Source of the DNA: Botryllus schlosseri
Taxonomy: Eukaryota
Assembly (NCBI GenBank): GCA_051294905.1
Contig: CM119371.1
Span: 9,610,001-9,674,000, forward strand
Reading direction: 5' to 3'
DNA length: 64,000 nucleotides
Positions 23,390 through 35,414 of the stretch are shown here, one piece after another; position 1 is the first letter of the stretch, and the number at the start of each line of letters is the position of its first letter. The notes beneath the pieces were generated by a model. The model did not search any database and had not been told where the DNA came from. It saw only the letters and a program-made list of their open reading frames with translations. A program made the position numbers and the translations under genes.

Positions 23390-23628
23390 TACCAATTTAT
23401 CGCCTTACTACCGTAAGCATCGAATTTTGCGAGTTGATGAACTATATCGCTTCGAAGTATCAAAAGTTGTTCACAAATATTTTTCCAATAGTCTGCCTAC
23501 TGTGTTTGATGACTTTTTCATACCTGCTAAACATGTCCATTCCCATTACACGAGATCCTCGTCTAAAGAAAACATCTACTTACCCCCACCCAATAGCAAC
23601 CTAACTAAGAGATCTATCGACTACTCGG
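23390..23628 (+). mobile_element. 5'-truncated CR1/L2-group LINE, ORF2 C-terminus (part 1)
   Basis: LYRFEVSKVVHKYFSNSLPTVFDDFF...HSHYTR...SIDYS; frame continues at 32494 as GPIIWNALP after removing the hAT insertion. Confidence 0.85.
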
Positions 23629-25443
23629 CAGTGATGAGCATCGGACGGACTCGGATGGCATTCGGACCGGATATTAGACGATTTTGTGGCAGTCGGATAG
23701 GACTCGGATATTATCACAAATATTTTTTCGGATATTGTCGGATAGTTGTAACTTTTGATAGGATATTTCCGGATAGTTGTAACCTTATGTGAGATTTGAT
23801 TACAGGCCTATAGAAAGAAGTCATCAATTCAATAACCAATTTCAGACAGCTGACACCTTGCGATATGACTGGTAGCAGTCTAAAAATGTTTGTCAAGAGT
23901 CCAAGATAATATAGATCAACTATTGCCACTACCATTCTAACCATTCAAGAATAGACAATACTATAAGATCAGCCATGTTATCAGATTTATTAGCTAAAAC
24001 ACAAAGTATACCATACTTGCCAGTCTAACGATATATAATATGTGAACTGATAAAAGATGGTATGATTGGACATGAGCTCGTCTGATATGGTTATCATCAG
24101 TACGGTATTCTCGCAGAGCAGTGTCTGAAGTTCGCAAAATTAAAGGTATGGTTTCAACATCAGTCACAAAACTGCGTTTGCTTCTCGCCTTCACATGTAG
24201 TTTTTTAACCCATTGCTGATGAATGTCACAATAGGGCATACAATTTCTAGAATCCTCAAATTGTTGTTGTGGCAGTCTTCTGTAGATTAATATAGCGGTA
24301 AGTCAAATCCCTCTTTGCGTACTTGTAGCATGAATGATTTTCATGCTGCCACAGTAGCCGTATGATACCCTTTCGATCAACACTATACAGCGGTGCTTGT
24401 GCTATGGCACAATCTTTGGCTACCATGAGTCTTTCAGCAGTTCATGATCATAACGGAATATATCCTGATGACGTTCAACAATGTAATAACTCCATTCTGT
24501 GAGAAGGTATTCCCAGTGTGGACTTGGACTTCTTGTCAGCTTGGCACATCGAGTTAACAGCTATTCACACACTTGCAGCCCAGTCAACCAAATAAGAATA
24601 TGCAGACAAACATGTACAAGTAACTTTCTGGAGTCAGATAATTATATAGAAAATTATGTAAGAAGATATATAGATAAAATGTATGATAATTAATATAATG
24701 ATGCCTTGACGATACAGCAGCCTACCAGCCTCTTTGAAATCATTCAAGATACATGCATATCATACTAAGGCACACTAACAACATATAACAAGGCTATAAA
24801 ATCCAGAATTCCTATATACCGTTACAACGAAAGCAAACCTACTCAACTGTCCTGCTTACTCTTCCCTTCCTTCAGCTGCTGTATTTTCTCCAATATGATT
24901 GACGGAATCAATCATCCAGAGCCACTGAGCCATACAAGAAAAAGCTGTTAGTTTTTTTGTCAAGCAATGGTCTGTTTAAGTAAATTTGATTTCAGTTGAA
25001 GAATTGTGAAAAAAGACTTTGGCGGTGATTATGGTGCTTTTCCATATGATTTCAACGAGAGACCATGTAAACAGTTTGAAAGTCAACGCCAAGGAGTGTT
25101 GATCAGTACGTTAGTGATGCGTCATATCTCTTGAGTGGAGCTCCATCAACTAGTGCATAGCATCATGGAAAACTGAATGGGATAGAACGGTAACTGCGTG
25201 GCCTGTCAATCATCCATGGTTGGATAATAATCAGTAGACCAAATTCCCGCGATACACAAAACCTTGGCGCACTCAGAAAGTTTATCTTGTCTGCCGTCGA
25301 TCGGGTGCGGCATTTGACCTCATTTAATGTATATCTTTTGCAGAACTACTTGGTACTCGGTGATATTAGTATTGTTAAAATCGTCGTCGTCTTAATTTTA
25401 TCCATTGCACGGCCTACACAATTATATTGTTTCTTTTGGAATT

Positions 25444-26358
25444 ATGGCCTCCCAAGTCAGTGACGTTGTTGAGGAATGGTACGATATTCCACCGGAAATT
25501 GTCCATGAACTTCTCTTCAACGACTTTGATGAAAGCATGGCCACTGTAACTGTTCCAAATATTATACAACAACCGGTTGACCTCACACCGTTGTTGCACT
25601 CATTGGATTTCAAAGACCCACCAGAACTCTCCGAAAAAGGTATTGAACTAGCTACCGGATGGATTATCAGTATGAATTCCAACGGAAATCCAGATGATAT
25701 TGTGATTAGTTACAGTAAAGTTTGCGTTGATCCTATAATATTCACAAAATCAAACGATAGGCTTTCCTCTGCCAAATTTTTACTCGAGCTCATGGAAAAA
25801 ATAATTGATAATGGGTTGAAGCCGCCTCAGTCAGAGTCATTGGTGTCTGCGAGTATTTCTGAAAGGGAGAACGATATTCTAGAATACATTGCTGGTTTTA
25901 CTTTGAGAAAGGCAATTCGAAAATTTAATGACCAGCTGGACCGTTCCTTGCTTGAATATCTATCAAATAACCGTGGTAAGGCCTTCGGCAAATTAATCCC
26001 CTTGATGGAGCGAAAAGCCGGGGTGCTTATATATCCAAGCTCAGAGCTACTTTTTCTTTTTAGGAGAGTCTACAGAGAGTTTACGAGAGAATGCAGCAAA
26101 TCGCCAAATTTAATAAACTTCTCAATTTTGCAGGACAGAGTTGTGAAAAGTTCCTACGTATTCAACTTTATATGCAGCATAAACAAAGCAACATGTCCTG
26201 ATGACCATTCTAAACTAGTAATAGATTATATCATTGGATTGTTTCTTAGAGTGTTGGGTCACTCTTTCACAAAGAAGCTAGTTCATAAACTTTGGAAAGG
26301 AAATGAATCAAATAAAGGAAGCCAGGGTACACGTGGTGATTTGAAGGGAAAACCTTGA
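25444..26358 (+). CDS. Uninterrupted 304-aa ORF with a domain resembling the P/THAP9-type transposase C-terminus
   Basis: ENDILEYIAGFTLRK...GVLIYPSSEL...LFLRVLGHSFTKK recalls the YIAGY/GGL-x-PS C-terminal region of P-like transposases; ATG at 25444 (track ORF starts at 25405 on TTG). Confidence 0.65.
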   Translation: MASQVSDVVEEWYDIPPEIVHELLFNDFDESMATVTVPNIIQQPVDLTPLLHSLDFKDPPELSEKGIELATGWIISMNSNGNPDDIVISYSKVCVDPIIFTKSNDRLSSAKFLLELMEKIIDNGLKPPQSESLVSASISERENDILEYIAGFTLRKAIRKFNDQLDRSLLEYLSNNRGKAFGKLIPLMERKAGVLIYPSSELLFLFRRVYREFTRECSKSPNLINFSILQDRVVKSSYVFNFICSINKATCPDDHSKLVIDYIIGLFLRVLGHSFTKKLVHKLWKGNESNKGSQGTRGDLKGKP

Positions 26359-27299
26359 GTAGAGTAAAAAATCATGAAGTATTTTCTTGGTAATTTCAGA
26401 GCTATTAGTATGTAACTTGCCTCTAATTTGCTTTCCATCTAGTTGCTATGAATCTGAATAAGACTAGTGCCATTTTTCCTCTCTAATATGCTATATTTTT
26501 CGGATTACAGGTTCTGTCTGCACCGCCAACTCTCTACACTGTAACAATTGACATCGCAGGGTCACTAAAGAAACGTTATCAAAAGTATGACGGTTCGATG
26601 ACGATGCGTATATCATCAAACCCTCTCTACCACACGGAAGGGATGGCACAATAATACTGCATAGTGTATACATAGTCACTAGGTATTGTTAACTACTATT
26701 ATCATGTATCTGGGCATGCAATCCTTTCTCAAGCAATAAACAAATTTCAACAGTCATTTCTGGTATTGTGTATTGACCATTATCAACCATTTGCTAGATG
26801 TTAGCCAGTTATGCAAAACTATCCGGGGCACAACTGGAAATAAACTGCTCGGTGTATGAAGACACCGTGGAGACCAAAGTATAAACCCGGTTAAAATGAA
26901 AGATCTCCGGGTCGCCATGACCCTTTCATAACTAGCAAATGGGATTGGTGTCGGTGACAGTTCTGCTTTATTCATCCGATTTTGTAATCTCCTCATCCTT
27001 CGTTACACGGTCCGTGGTGTTGCGGCTTGTCAATATGGCACATTTTCATCTGTATCTGGAAAATATAAATCTACGGCAGCATACGATGTGGTTGATAATA
27101 AGTGTACTGGACAAGGTCAGGATCGGAGCAAGCCATGCGTTGACATTGAACTGAGTGGAATTTTCTTTCAGTCTCAAACTGAACCTTTATTATTTCTTAG
27201 TATGAGTACCGCACTTAATTGAGCACCATCCTTAATAATACATATTTCAAGAGGGCAAAGCTTCATAGGAGATTAGCAGACTGATACAAATATACAATA

Positions 27300-27661
27300 T
27301 AGGGTTACCATATTTTGGAAATCTGAAATGACGACACTTTTTTAAATGCTCAGACATAATACTGGAGTAGAGTCCGGAGACTTCGTTGTTGGTTGACTAA
27401 AAAAAAGGTCATTTTTCCTACTCGGCTGCTGAAATTCACACTTTTGCTGAATTCCTCCGCTAGTTGACTAAAGCAAAATAGGTCAACTTTACGACTCAAA
27501 TCCCGAAATAGCAGCCGGAGTGTTGCTTAGGTGCTGATTTAATTTATCTCAGTCGAACCAAAATGCTCAAAAAAGAAAACATTTAGGGATCCTCCGAGGA
27601 CGCTTTAACAAAGTTTAGAAAGAGGACAAATCCTCTTAAAAGAGAACGCATGGTAACCCTA
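27300..27661. mobile_element. hAT-type MITE (TAGGGTTACCAT / AGAGGAC family)
   Basis: TIRs TAGGGTTACCAT / ATGGTAACCCTA; same family as 45091-45464; TSD not preserved. Confidence 0.8.
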
Positions 27662-27879
27662 ATTAATATAGGTTGAAAAAATGTATTAGTACCTTCTATG
27701 GACAGCACCCCACACCTTCATCCATGATGATTATCTATTATCGTCACTGTGGCAATCCTTGGTCTAAAAATGATCACAGCTATGCAAAAGTCTGCGTGGA
27801 AAAGAAAATATTATGATGCATGTCTCAATCTATGCTAATATTAATGATCCTACAACTATCTCACCTCACGCTGGAATGA

Positions 27880-28440
27880 TTACGAATCACACTTTTTCTT
27901 CTTGACAATGGGTTCTTCATAGATGGTAGTCCAAACATTACTAGTGCCATGCGTGGAAGAGGAACCGGCATTGGACCCTTTGATTTTCTTTATGGACTTC
28001 CGCTGGGTCTGGTGTTGCAGCCCATAATATGCCTGCGAAGCATCCGGATGACGAGATCGATAAGCTTGCATTCTCTGTTACAGAGGATGTATTGGAGAGA
28101 TCAAATTATGCCACATGCTGTAAAATTAAAACAGACCAGATTTCCAAAACAAGCCTCCAGAATGTCCTGAGTAAATGACTTGAGCCATAAACAGGGCATT
28201 ACTTCGAGAAATATTTCGGCCAATTTGACCAGGTTCAATGTCGTGAAAATGAGTCCCTCAAGAGTTGGACGAGCTATTATCCTTTTTCTCTCTCCTCTAT
28301 GATGCTTGGATACATCCTCCTTAAAATATCCAACAAAATCGAATGAAATTGCCAATTCATCAAGATGTACTTACTTCCCAATCCAACAGCGATTTCACAA
28401 ATTCATCCTGAAGCCACGTCAACCGGTCAACGGTCAAATG
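27880..28440 (-). pseudogene. P-element-type transposase fragment (catalytic E region) with two short introns
   Basis: Exons 28440-28375, 28319-28137 and 28074-27880 splice in frame (GT-AG introns of 55 and 62 nt) to DRLTWLQDEF...FTQDILEACFGNLRMQAYRSRHP. Confidence 0.85.
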
Positions 28441-30604
28441 CTAGACCTGATCAGCAACATACAAGAAACAAGTTTCTGAATGCCAATTGCCAGGATTTGT
28501 GAAGCGCGCGAATTTGGTCTACTGATTATCATCCAACTGTGAATGATTGACAGGCCACGCAGTTACCGTTCTATCCCATTCAGTTTTCCATGATAGCATA
28601 CACTGAGGTATATAAACACTGGAGTGCGCAACTTACCGTGACGGCCGAGAAAATTGAAAAACAGCTCTGGCTACCTACTTGCGCACTGGTGCTTATGGTG
28701 AACTATTGGGATTCTCCGTGTTTTTACGCTTTTCGTGGGATTTTCTTCTGGAATAAGTATGTTTTATCACAAAACTAACACAGAACATATTCATAAACTA
28801 TAGTATACTCTTTCTAATAGGTATGTCAGCCTTGAATGACGCCATGGATTGCATTTGCGACTTCCGTATTCATAGTTGGATGGAAAACGGCGAAGACTCG
28901 TGTGTAAATTCAAGGGATACTGCATTGCAACGACATGCCGACGCGAATATTTCAACGATTAACTTCTGACTACATCAAACTCAACGTGCAGCAGTCTTAA
29001 GTAGCAGTGATGCTAATCGCCTTCGGTGATGTTAGCTTGCGAGTACTGGAACACAGCAAGTTTGCTGTCTCAAGAAGTTATCTAAACCTAAGCTGCTTCT
29101 GCCCTGTCCATGATTTTGCCATAGTTATTAAACTGTAATTGCACTATCGGTTCTATGCATCAGAAATATATCAACGAGATCATTGTGATATACGGTACTT
29201 TTATTTTAGCGATCCAAATAGCAAGAGTATGGTTTAACTGGGAAATTCATAAATAGTTTTCAATATTGCCGGAGATATGCCAGTCTTTTGTGCCACCGAA
29301 ATAAAGTGTGCCACCGAAATAAAGAAGGATAATCAGTTTCTTGCAGATTGAGATGACCAAATAGACTTGTCATGGAATATGGTACACTGTAAAACCAAAA
29401 TATCAGAAACAGAACAACAAAACTAATTCATGTAAATTGCTGGAGCATCAGGAATACTGAACACTTTCATTCAAAACAGAACTAGCCAAGAAAGAAACAT
29501 GTTGACATTGATGCTACTGAAATAATTCCTGGTGGAGTCCAACAGTCCATATAGTTGCAGATTGTCAACATGGTCAATTCACGAAATCGACAAAATATAT
29601 ACGTCAATTAAGAATGTCGAAATAGAGTCGGCCTGAAATACCAGCCTAGTGAGCCTGCCACTTTTGGAACAGAAAGTATGGGAAACTATCCACGTCATTC
29701 GGAAGGTAGTTGCTGACGGCTGATGCCATCGCGAAATCGCTAATATTAATCTTCACTGACGCATCGAAAGAAAAAAGTTATGATCGTGTACAGATATCAG
29801 CAACGGTGCATATCCATCCATAGCTATGTCATAAGTGACAATATGTTTTGAAATCTTGAAAATTTTCTCGTATTTATTTTTATGTTGGTGTCGAGTAAGG
29901 GATACTGCAGAATCAACAGTTGGCTGATTACAAATGAACAGAAATGCTGAATCTGATAACACTTGAGCTCGCGGTCAAAATAAGTAGAAAAGTCACCTAT
30001 CCTTTTTGCTGGATAAACTATTTGATGAAAAATTCGCTGCAACAAACTGAGGCGATTAAACTCAAAACATCAACTGCAACAAACTTTTCAATTTGAAATT
30101 TTTCAAAAATTAAGATCCAACTGAGTGATTCCCAGCCGGGGGGATTTTGAAATCTTTTGGGGGAAATCTAGCTTTATGGTTGTATCGGAAGATACACTGG
30201 GTTCACGAGTTTTCAAGTTTTTTATGGTAGCACTGTTCGGAATCAGTTATTTATAATTGTATTTTCTTTTGACGATTTTTAGCTAGATGTATGTATGTAT
30301 AGTATAATTATATATAAATGATTTCTGTAGAAATTCCACCCCCTATTTAAGTAAGGGTCTCGAGACGATTTCATTGGGTCTGTGACAGCTTTTCGACCAA
30401 ATTGCTACTAAGCATGGAAAAGTCAGGCCATCAGATTATATATAGTTTCATCTGAACATGACACACGGATAGGAGCATGCCGAACGACCAGTTGCAGTTG
30501 CTCAAACTGGCATCCACCTTGGCCTAGTGCTCGATGTCACAGTTCCTTTCGATGTTAGTCTCTATTCCGCGGCTCTTTCTTGCCCTTTCCATTGTTTGAG
30601 AGCT

Positions 30605-30775
30605 CTTTCCATTCTTTGGAGCAGATCCTTTATTATTTTAAGGGCTTCCAATTTTCTCTCTTGATGTTTTTAATCCATTCGTTCTTCAGAGCATATTGCT
30701 TCCAGGGAAACTGAAGACATACCATAGTAATAATCAGGTGTTCTTGAGCATTCCTTCAGCTGCAAACTATTTCAT
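30605..30775 (-). pseudogene. Degenerate THAP domain
   Basis: LQFPWKQYALKNEWIKNIKRENWKPLK**RICSK matches the THAP FP/W/W-x-P/C pattern; preceded by a pyrimidine-rich TTTACAG acceptor-like site. Confidence 0.65.
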
Positions 30776-31639
30776 CTGCTCATGTATCTGTAAATAGAAA
30801 AATTTTCAAATTGTCAAGCTGGCTTCAAGCAAAGTGTTGGATTTCGACGCTTAAATAAACTGTGTTTCCTCATCCCCACTACCCTCGCTATAACTCCTGA
30901 CAAACTCGATACTGCTTTCAAACGTTTTGTACAGCCATAAGATTATAACTTATAAGCACAGCACATCTGACCAACTGATCCCCCCCCCCCCCCGACAATA
31001 TCTTGGAATCACCTGTACATGGATGTGAAAATGCATACGGATGAAAAATTTAGAAGGATCACCTAGTGATCAGTGATATTAGTTCAGAGTTGTGAATCTT
31101 ACTTCTAAAGCAAACTGCTGTTCTGAGATCTGAGTTATCTCCTGTTCCTATATCGTACTTCTTATTCTTTTCCCACAATCCCCCTATGTTATAATCTGTT
31201 ATAGGAATAAATGGTTTAGTATAAACGCAATATCATAAGATGGACGGCTGATAACTAACAGTTCCTGATTACTAGTCAGTTTTATGAAGGTACAATGCGT
31301 AAACGCATAAGCGCACAGGTAAAACTTCCGACGAGTAGGTAGCCAAGGAGACAAAATGGCTACGCTTCAATTGTCTCCGCTGGAGACAACATTGGGAATA
31401 CGAGATGCGCACCGCTTGATAGCATAGCAATTTACAACGCAGCTACGTGCATAGTGTGCATTGCATTATTTGAAGACCTTGAATGTTGTCAAACTCCTCG
31501 TCTGAGTGTCGATTTGAGCTATGATTCCGTACTGTCGGAGTTTCGTTTCTCAATTATAATGGATTGAAGAAAGTCGACGTCTTGAGAGATAGCACAGCCA
31601 GAGTGGAGTGTAGAGGGATTGCATCCGGATTTATGGGAC

Positions 31640-31990
31640 ACTGGCTCTGCTGAATGCTATAATTTCTATGTTCAAGTGAAACACCACACGTTATCAAGTG
31701 GTACAATGAACCTTACAAACCATATCCAAAAGGCCAAGGATACACCACAGTTAAAGATGAGTTTCTTCTCGTCCAATAAACAAGTCGGCAAGACAACTAC
31801 TAACCAGCTACTGGAGAGGAAATTTGGACAGATTGTGGGACATTCAGGAATCAGGATGGTGCTATTATTCACATCTTGTGTGACACGACTATAAGCGTCA
31901 TGCTCGAAGCTTTGAACTGATTGACCAAAGGTATTATAAGCATCAGCAAGTTGCTACTAAACAGGCCTTCACGCCTTCCAGCACTTGTGG
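31640..31990 (+). pseudogene. Decayed BED-finger / N-terminal hAT transposase remnant
   Basis: AECYNFYVQVKHHTLSSGTMNLTNHIQK resembles zf-BED; downstream DYKRHARSFELIDQRY resembles the hAT P-x-Y-x-x-PSR region; lies inside the hAT element. Confidence 0.5.
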
Positions 31991-32493
31991 GCAAAATGTG
32001 GCTTTTCTGCATCTAATATTGACCATCTCCCGATTGTGAAATTCCATGGTCACAACTTGCTACTATTACTTCTTGATATATATTGGGTGATATGGTTAAA
32101 TGCCTGATTGTTACATATGGCCATGGCCTAATAATCTTTGTCATTTTACATTTGCTTTTGATCGAGATACCACTTTCATTCGCACACTTCAAATTAGTAG
32201 CGTTGTTTCTTTGCGTTAACTTTCCTATAAATGAAATTCCAATTTTTGTTCATTCCATAGATACAATTAGTGATCTTCTAGTGCAGAACTGTAACTAAGC
32301 TCAGCTGTATAATTGATATTCTGCGATATCATTATTCGATAAGGATTTTTCGGATTCTTGTAGGAGATTTCCGGATAAATTCGGATAGTTGGATGAGATT
32401 ATCCGGAGTCGGACGGATAGTTCCGCAGACACATAAACTGTCGGACGGATTCGGATTCTCAAAATCCAACATCCGCTCATCACTGCTACTCGG

Positions 32494-32878
32494 GACCTAT
32501 CATCTGGAATGCATTACCACCACATATCCGTGAATTGCCTTATAATAGATTCAAAAAAGCCCTACTTGATCACCTCTTGTCGTTACACTAACACTGTTGC
32601 CCTACCTCGCCCAGACATTGCTTCATTGATCATTTGCCACCATTGTTTTTTTTTCTATTTTCCTTTAACTAAACATTTCTTTACAGCCAGACTGTTCAGA
32701 GTCAAGTGTACCTGTTTGATGCTGGTGTGATCAGACTAGATGACCTTCGCGGTCTTATCGATCATTCCTATCTAATACCGAATACTGTGCACGCATATTT
32801 TCTGTACCACCATCACTGCCGTTTGTAATGTATTTTGGTTCGATGAAAATAAAGACTCTCTCTCTCTCTCTCTCTCTT
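32494..32878 (+). mobile_element. LINE part 2: ORF2 end, 3' UTR stem-loop, AATAAA and (TC)n tail
   Basis: GPIIWNALPPHIRELPYNRFKKALLDHLL then stop; 3' UTR ends AAAATAAAGAC(TC)n. Confidence 0.85.
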
Positions 32879-34422
32879 CAATAAAGTTAGAAGTCGTGGA
32901 GACAGAAACAAAATATATTCGTCAGTGTGATCCGTCGATGATACGTGTTTAATAGACAGGCTTCGTGGTACGTCAGCCAACAAGGCCGCATGGCGTGGTT
33001 ACGCCGGTCCGTCGAACGCAAGGGAACACGCAGCGAATTGTAAACGCAACCTTCTGGAGTCAGATTATACAAATATAACATCTACCAGGGATATATAGAA
33101 CTCCGGGATGGCTGACTCCGTCGATTGCGTCATCGCGGTCATACACAAGTAGGGTCATTTTCGCGCTTTCGCTTCAGATTGGATTGCTGACAGCGCTTTG
33201 TCTGTGCATAACTTGGAGACTTGGAATTGCCTTTCTAGTCTGATGATTGGGGGTGGATGATTATGTCAATATATAAACGTTTATAAAGCTAGAGGACTTA
33301 TGTGATGTTCAGGTAGTTGATCATTTTAGCAGTATTGGTTGTGGAACTTCAGCTGCAGGTTATCATCGGCACTACCGGTATGCCGAATGCCGGCACGATA
33401 TATCGCTGGTATTCGGAATATCTCCGCTTATCAAGTATGTTTTGCTACATTGATAAGCGTAAGTGCATATCAGGATGTAGCAGATTGTTGAGAATTACAT
33501 TTCAGGATGATTTTAGTATTGATTACGTTATGCTTTTAAGACTGATCTGATGCTATAGAATTGCATAATAAGCTCAAGTCCTAGGCTGTACGGTGTCCAG
33601 TACAGTGACTGCCGCCAGTTTAGAGTGACTTCGTCTGTCAGGATTTTATGCAATAGGTTAATTAATGATTACAATTTATCCATGCTAAGTTCCTAATTGT
33701 AGAACATGATGCAGAACAAGGGAAAGGAAGGAGTATCGAACGAGCCTAACGATTCTATACCTACCCATGGTTTCCCAGAAGACAGTTATATAGTTGTATA
33801 GGGTGAAATGACCAAGAACTGCAGCCTCTAAGTACCAGTATGCAAGTTGCATTGCAGTCAGACAGCCAGGATGTAGAATACAAACCCTTGGGGCATGATA
33901 GTGGTACAATACAATACATGGTATTTATAAGGTTTCATAATTGTATAACAGTCCAAAGCACCATATAAATTCAACCTGTCTTTACAGGTACCGATAGGAA
34001 TAGTGATACATAAATATGTTTGGTAATGACTGGCAATCAAATGCCACTATCCTGGAAAGATACCTCCGTTGCAGTGAACTGTAAGGAATGGCGGACACAA
34101 AATATAGCCATGGCATTTGCTGGCCACTTAAATTTTTCAAGATACAAGACAGGACTATTCATCACATCAATAGACTTGATGTTGGCCACTCCCTCATGAT
34201 CATAACTCTATCATCAGGATGTGGCAATGGGGAAAAGCTTGTAGGCCTATGTGGCGAAGGAAGATTAAACTCTTGAAACTGCATCAAGTTTAAAAGGTTT
34301 TGTCAAATACTTGCAACTCATCCAGGACCTCTCCTCAGCATGCATGGGTAAGTTTGTCTGATTCTGGTGAGCTGTATCAAATGAAGGATTGAAATCCATC
34401 TAAATAAATTGAATATATTGTC

Positions 34423-34450
34423 GTGTGTGTGTGTGTGTGTGTGTGTGTGT
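34423..34450. repeat. (GT)n microsatellite
   Basis: Perfect GT dinucleotide run. Confidence 0.95.
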
Positions 34451-35139
34451 CGAGTGAATCAACTGCTTATGGCTTGAGGCACTATGCTATAGAAAAGGTC
34501 ATCCTGCCATTTTATTAACTGTGCATTTTGTCGACATTATACTCAATAGTTGGAATATTATGGCATTAGTTAAATCAGTGGTTGTCATTTCTCCACCAAC
34601 TTCAGTTTGACTGTTTGATTGCCTTTGAAAAAAATACCAGCAGCTTGCTTATCAGTTTTCTAGCCCTCCTCAATTCTACTGCTGAAGATCCCTAAATTGT
34701 ACTGTCCAAATTTCTTAATAGTCTTATAGCTTTCACATATAACTGCTTCTAAAAGAGGTGTAGGATAATTCATTCCGTACACTTGCAGCATTGCGATGTT
34801 GCATTCTCTAATGGACATGCGTCCAGCTTCATGAATTTGGAATTCAGATATAAAAATCTAACATATTTGGCGGTTGAGAACCACTGGGTTGAATCCCCAG
34901 ATCAAGCTATTCTTAAATATTGTGTTCATGGTTGATTTGTATCTCTAGATTTCTGAAGCGAAAAGCGACGTTTCATCCTCTACAGCACATCATCGGTGGA
35001 TATGCTGCTATACTATACTTGCGTTACCATCTTCATATATTGGCTTCGAACTGGAAATTTGGGTCTTGTATCTCAGCAGCGACACTTTTAATATGTACTC
35101 AGTCCATTGAATCAGTTATCAGCATGTCCAGAAATCTTC

Positions 35140-35414
35140 GAGAGAGAGAGAGAGATGATATTCTTTTTCGCCTGCACCATCGAGATGCTTTGACGGTGGA
35201 GATGCGATACGACCGTAACGTCACCTAGTCTGCACCCACGCATTTTTCTCTCCATGCTACATCCGTGGATGCTGAGCGCCTAGCAGGATAGCCGTGGATG
35301 CTAAGCACCTAGCAGGATAGCCGCGCATACCAGTTTTCGAGTCTTTGGTCTGACCCGGCCAGGAATCGAACCCACGACCTAGCGATCAGAAGCCGGACCG
35401 CATCACCATTACAC
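35140..35414 (-). mobile_element. tRNA-derived SINE with (TC)n tail
   Basis: Minus strand: A-box-like GTGTAATGG, B box GGTTCGATTCC (35362-35372), core GGTCAGACCAAAGACT..AAAACTGGTA (recalled as Meta-SINE-like, unverified), internal 29-bp duplication, LINE-like 3' end. Confidence 0.85.

Larger units (their letters stand above)
25164..28592. mobile_element. P-superfamily (Galileo-like) transposon, internally deleted, 3,429 bp
   Basis: About 83-bp TIRs CATGGAAAACTGAATGGG... (25164-25246 and 28510-28592); exact 7-bp TSD ATAGCAT at 25157-25163 and 28593-28599. Confidence 0.9.
23629..32485 (+). mobile_element. 8.9-kb composite hAT element with nested insertions
   Basis: TIRs CAGTGATGAGC / GCTCATCACTG; exact 8-bp TSD CTACTCGG at 23621-23628 and 32486-32493; TCGGA-rich subtermini. 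Confidence 0.92.

Noticed and set aside
27724-27815. Short plus-strand frame containing DHSY (HCF-1-binding-like motif of THAP proteins)
   Set aside because: A four-residue motif in a 30-codon frame with no demonstrable splice link; chance is plausible.
29290-29325. 18-bp direct duplication TGTGCCACCGAAATAAAG
   Set aside because: An isolated slippage-type duplication with no insertion between the copies.
35340-35414. tRNA gene
   Set aside because: A and B boxes are present, but there is no complete cloverleaf and the sequence runs into a SINE body and tail.
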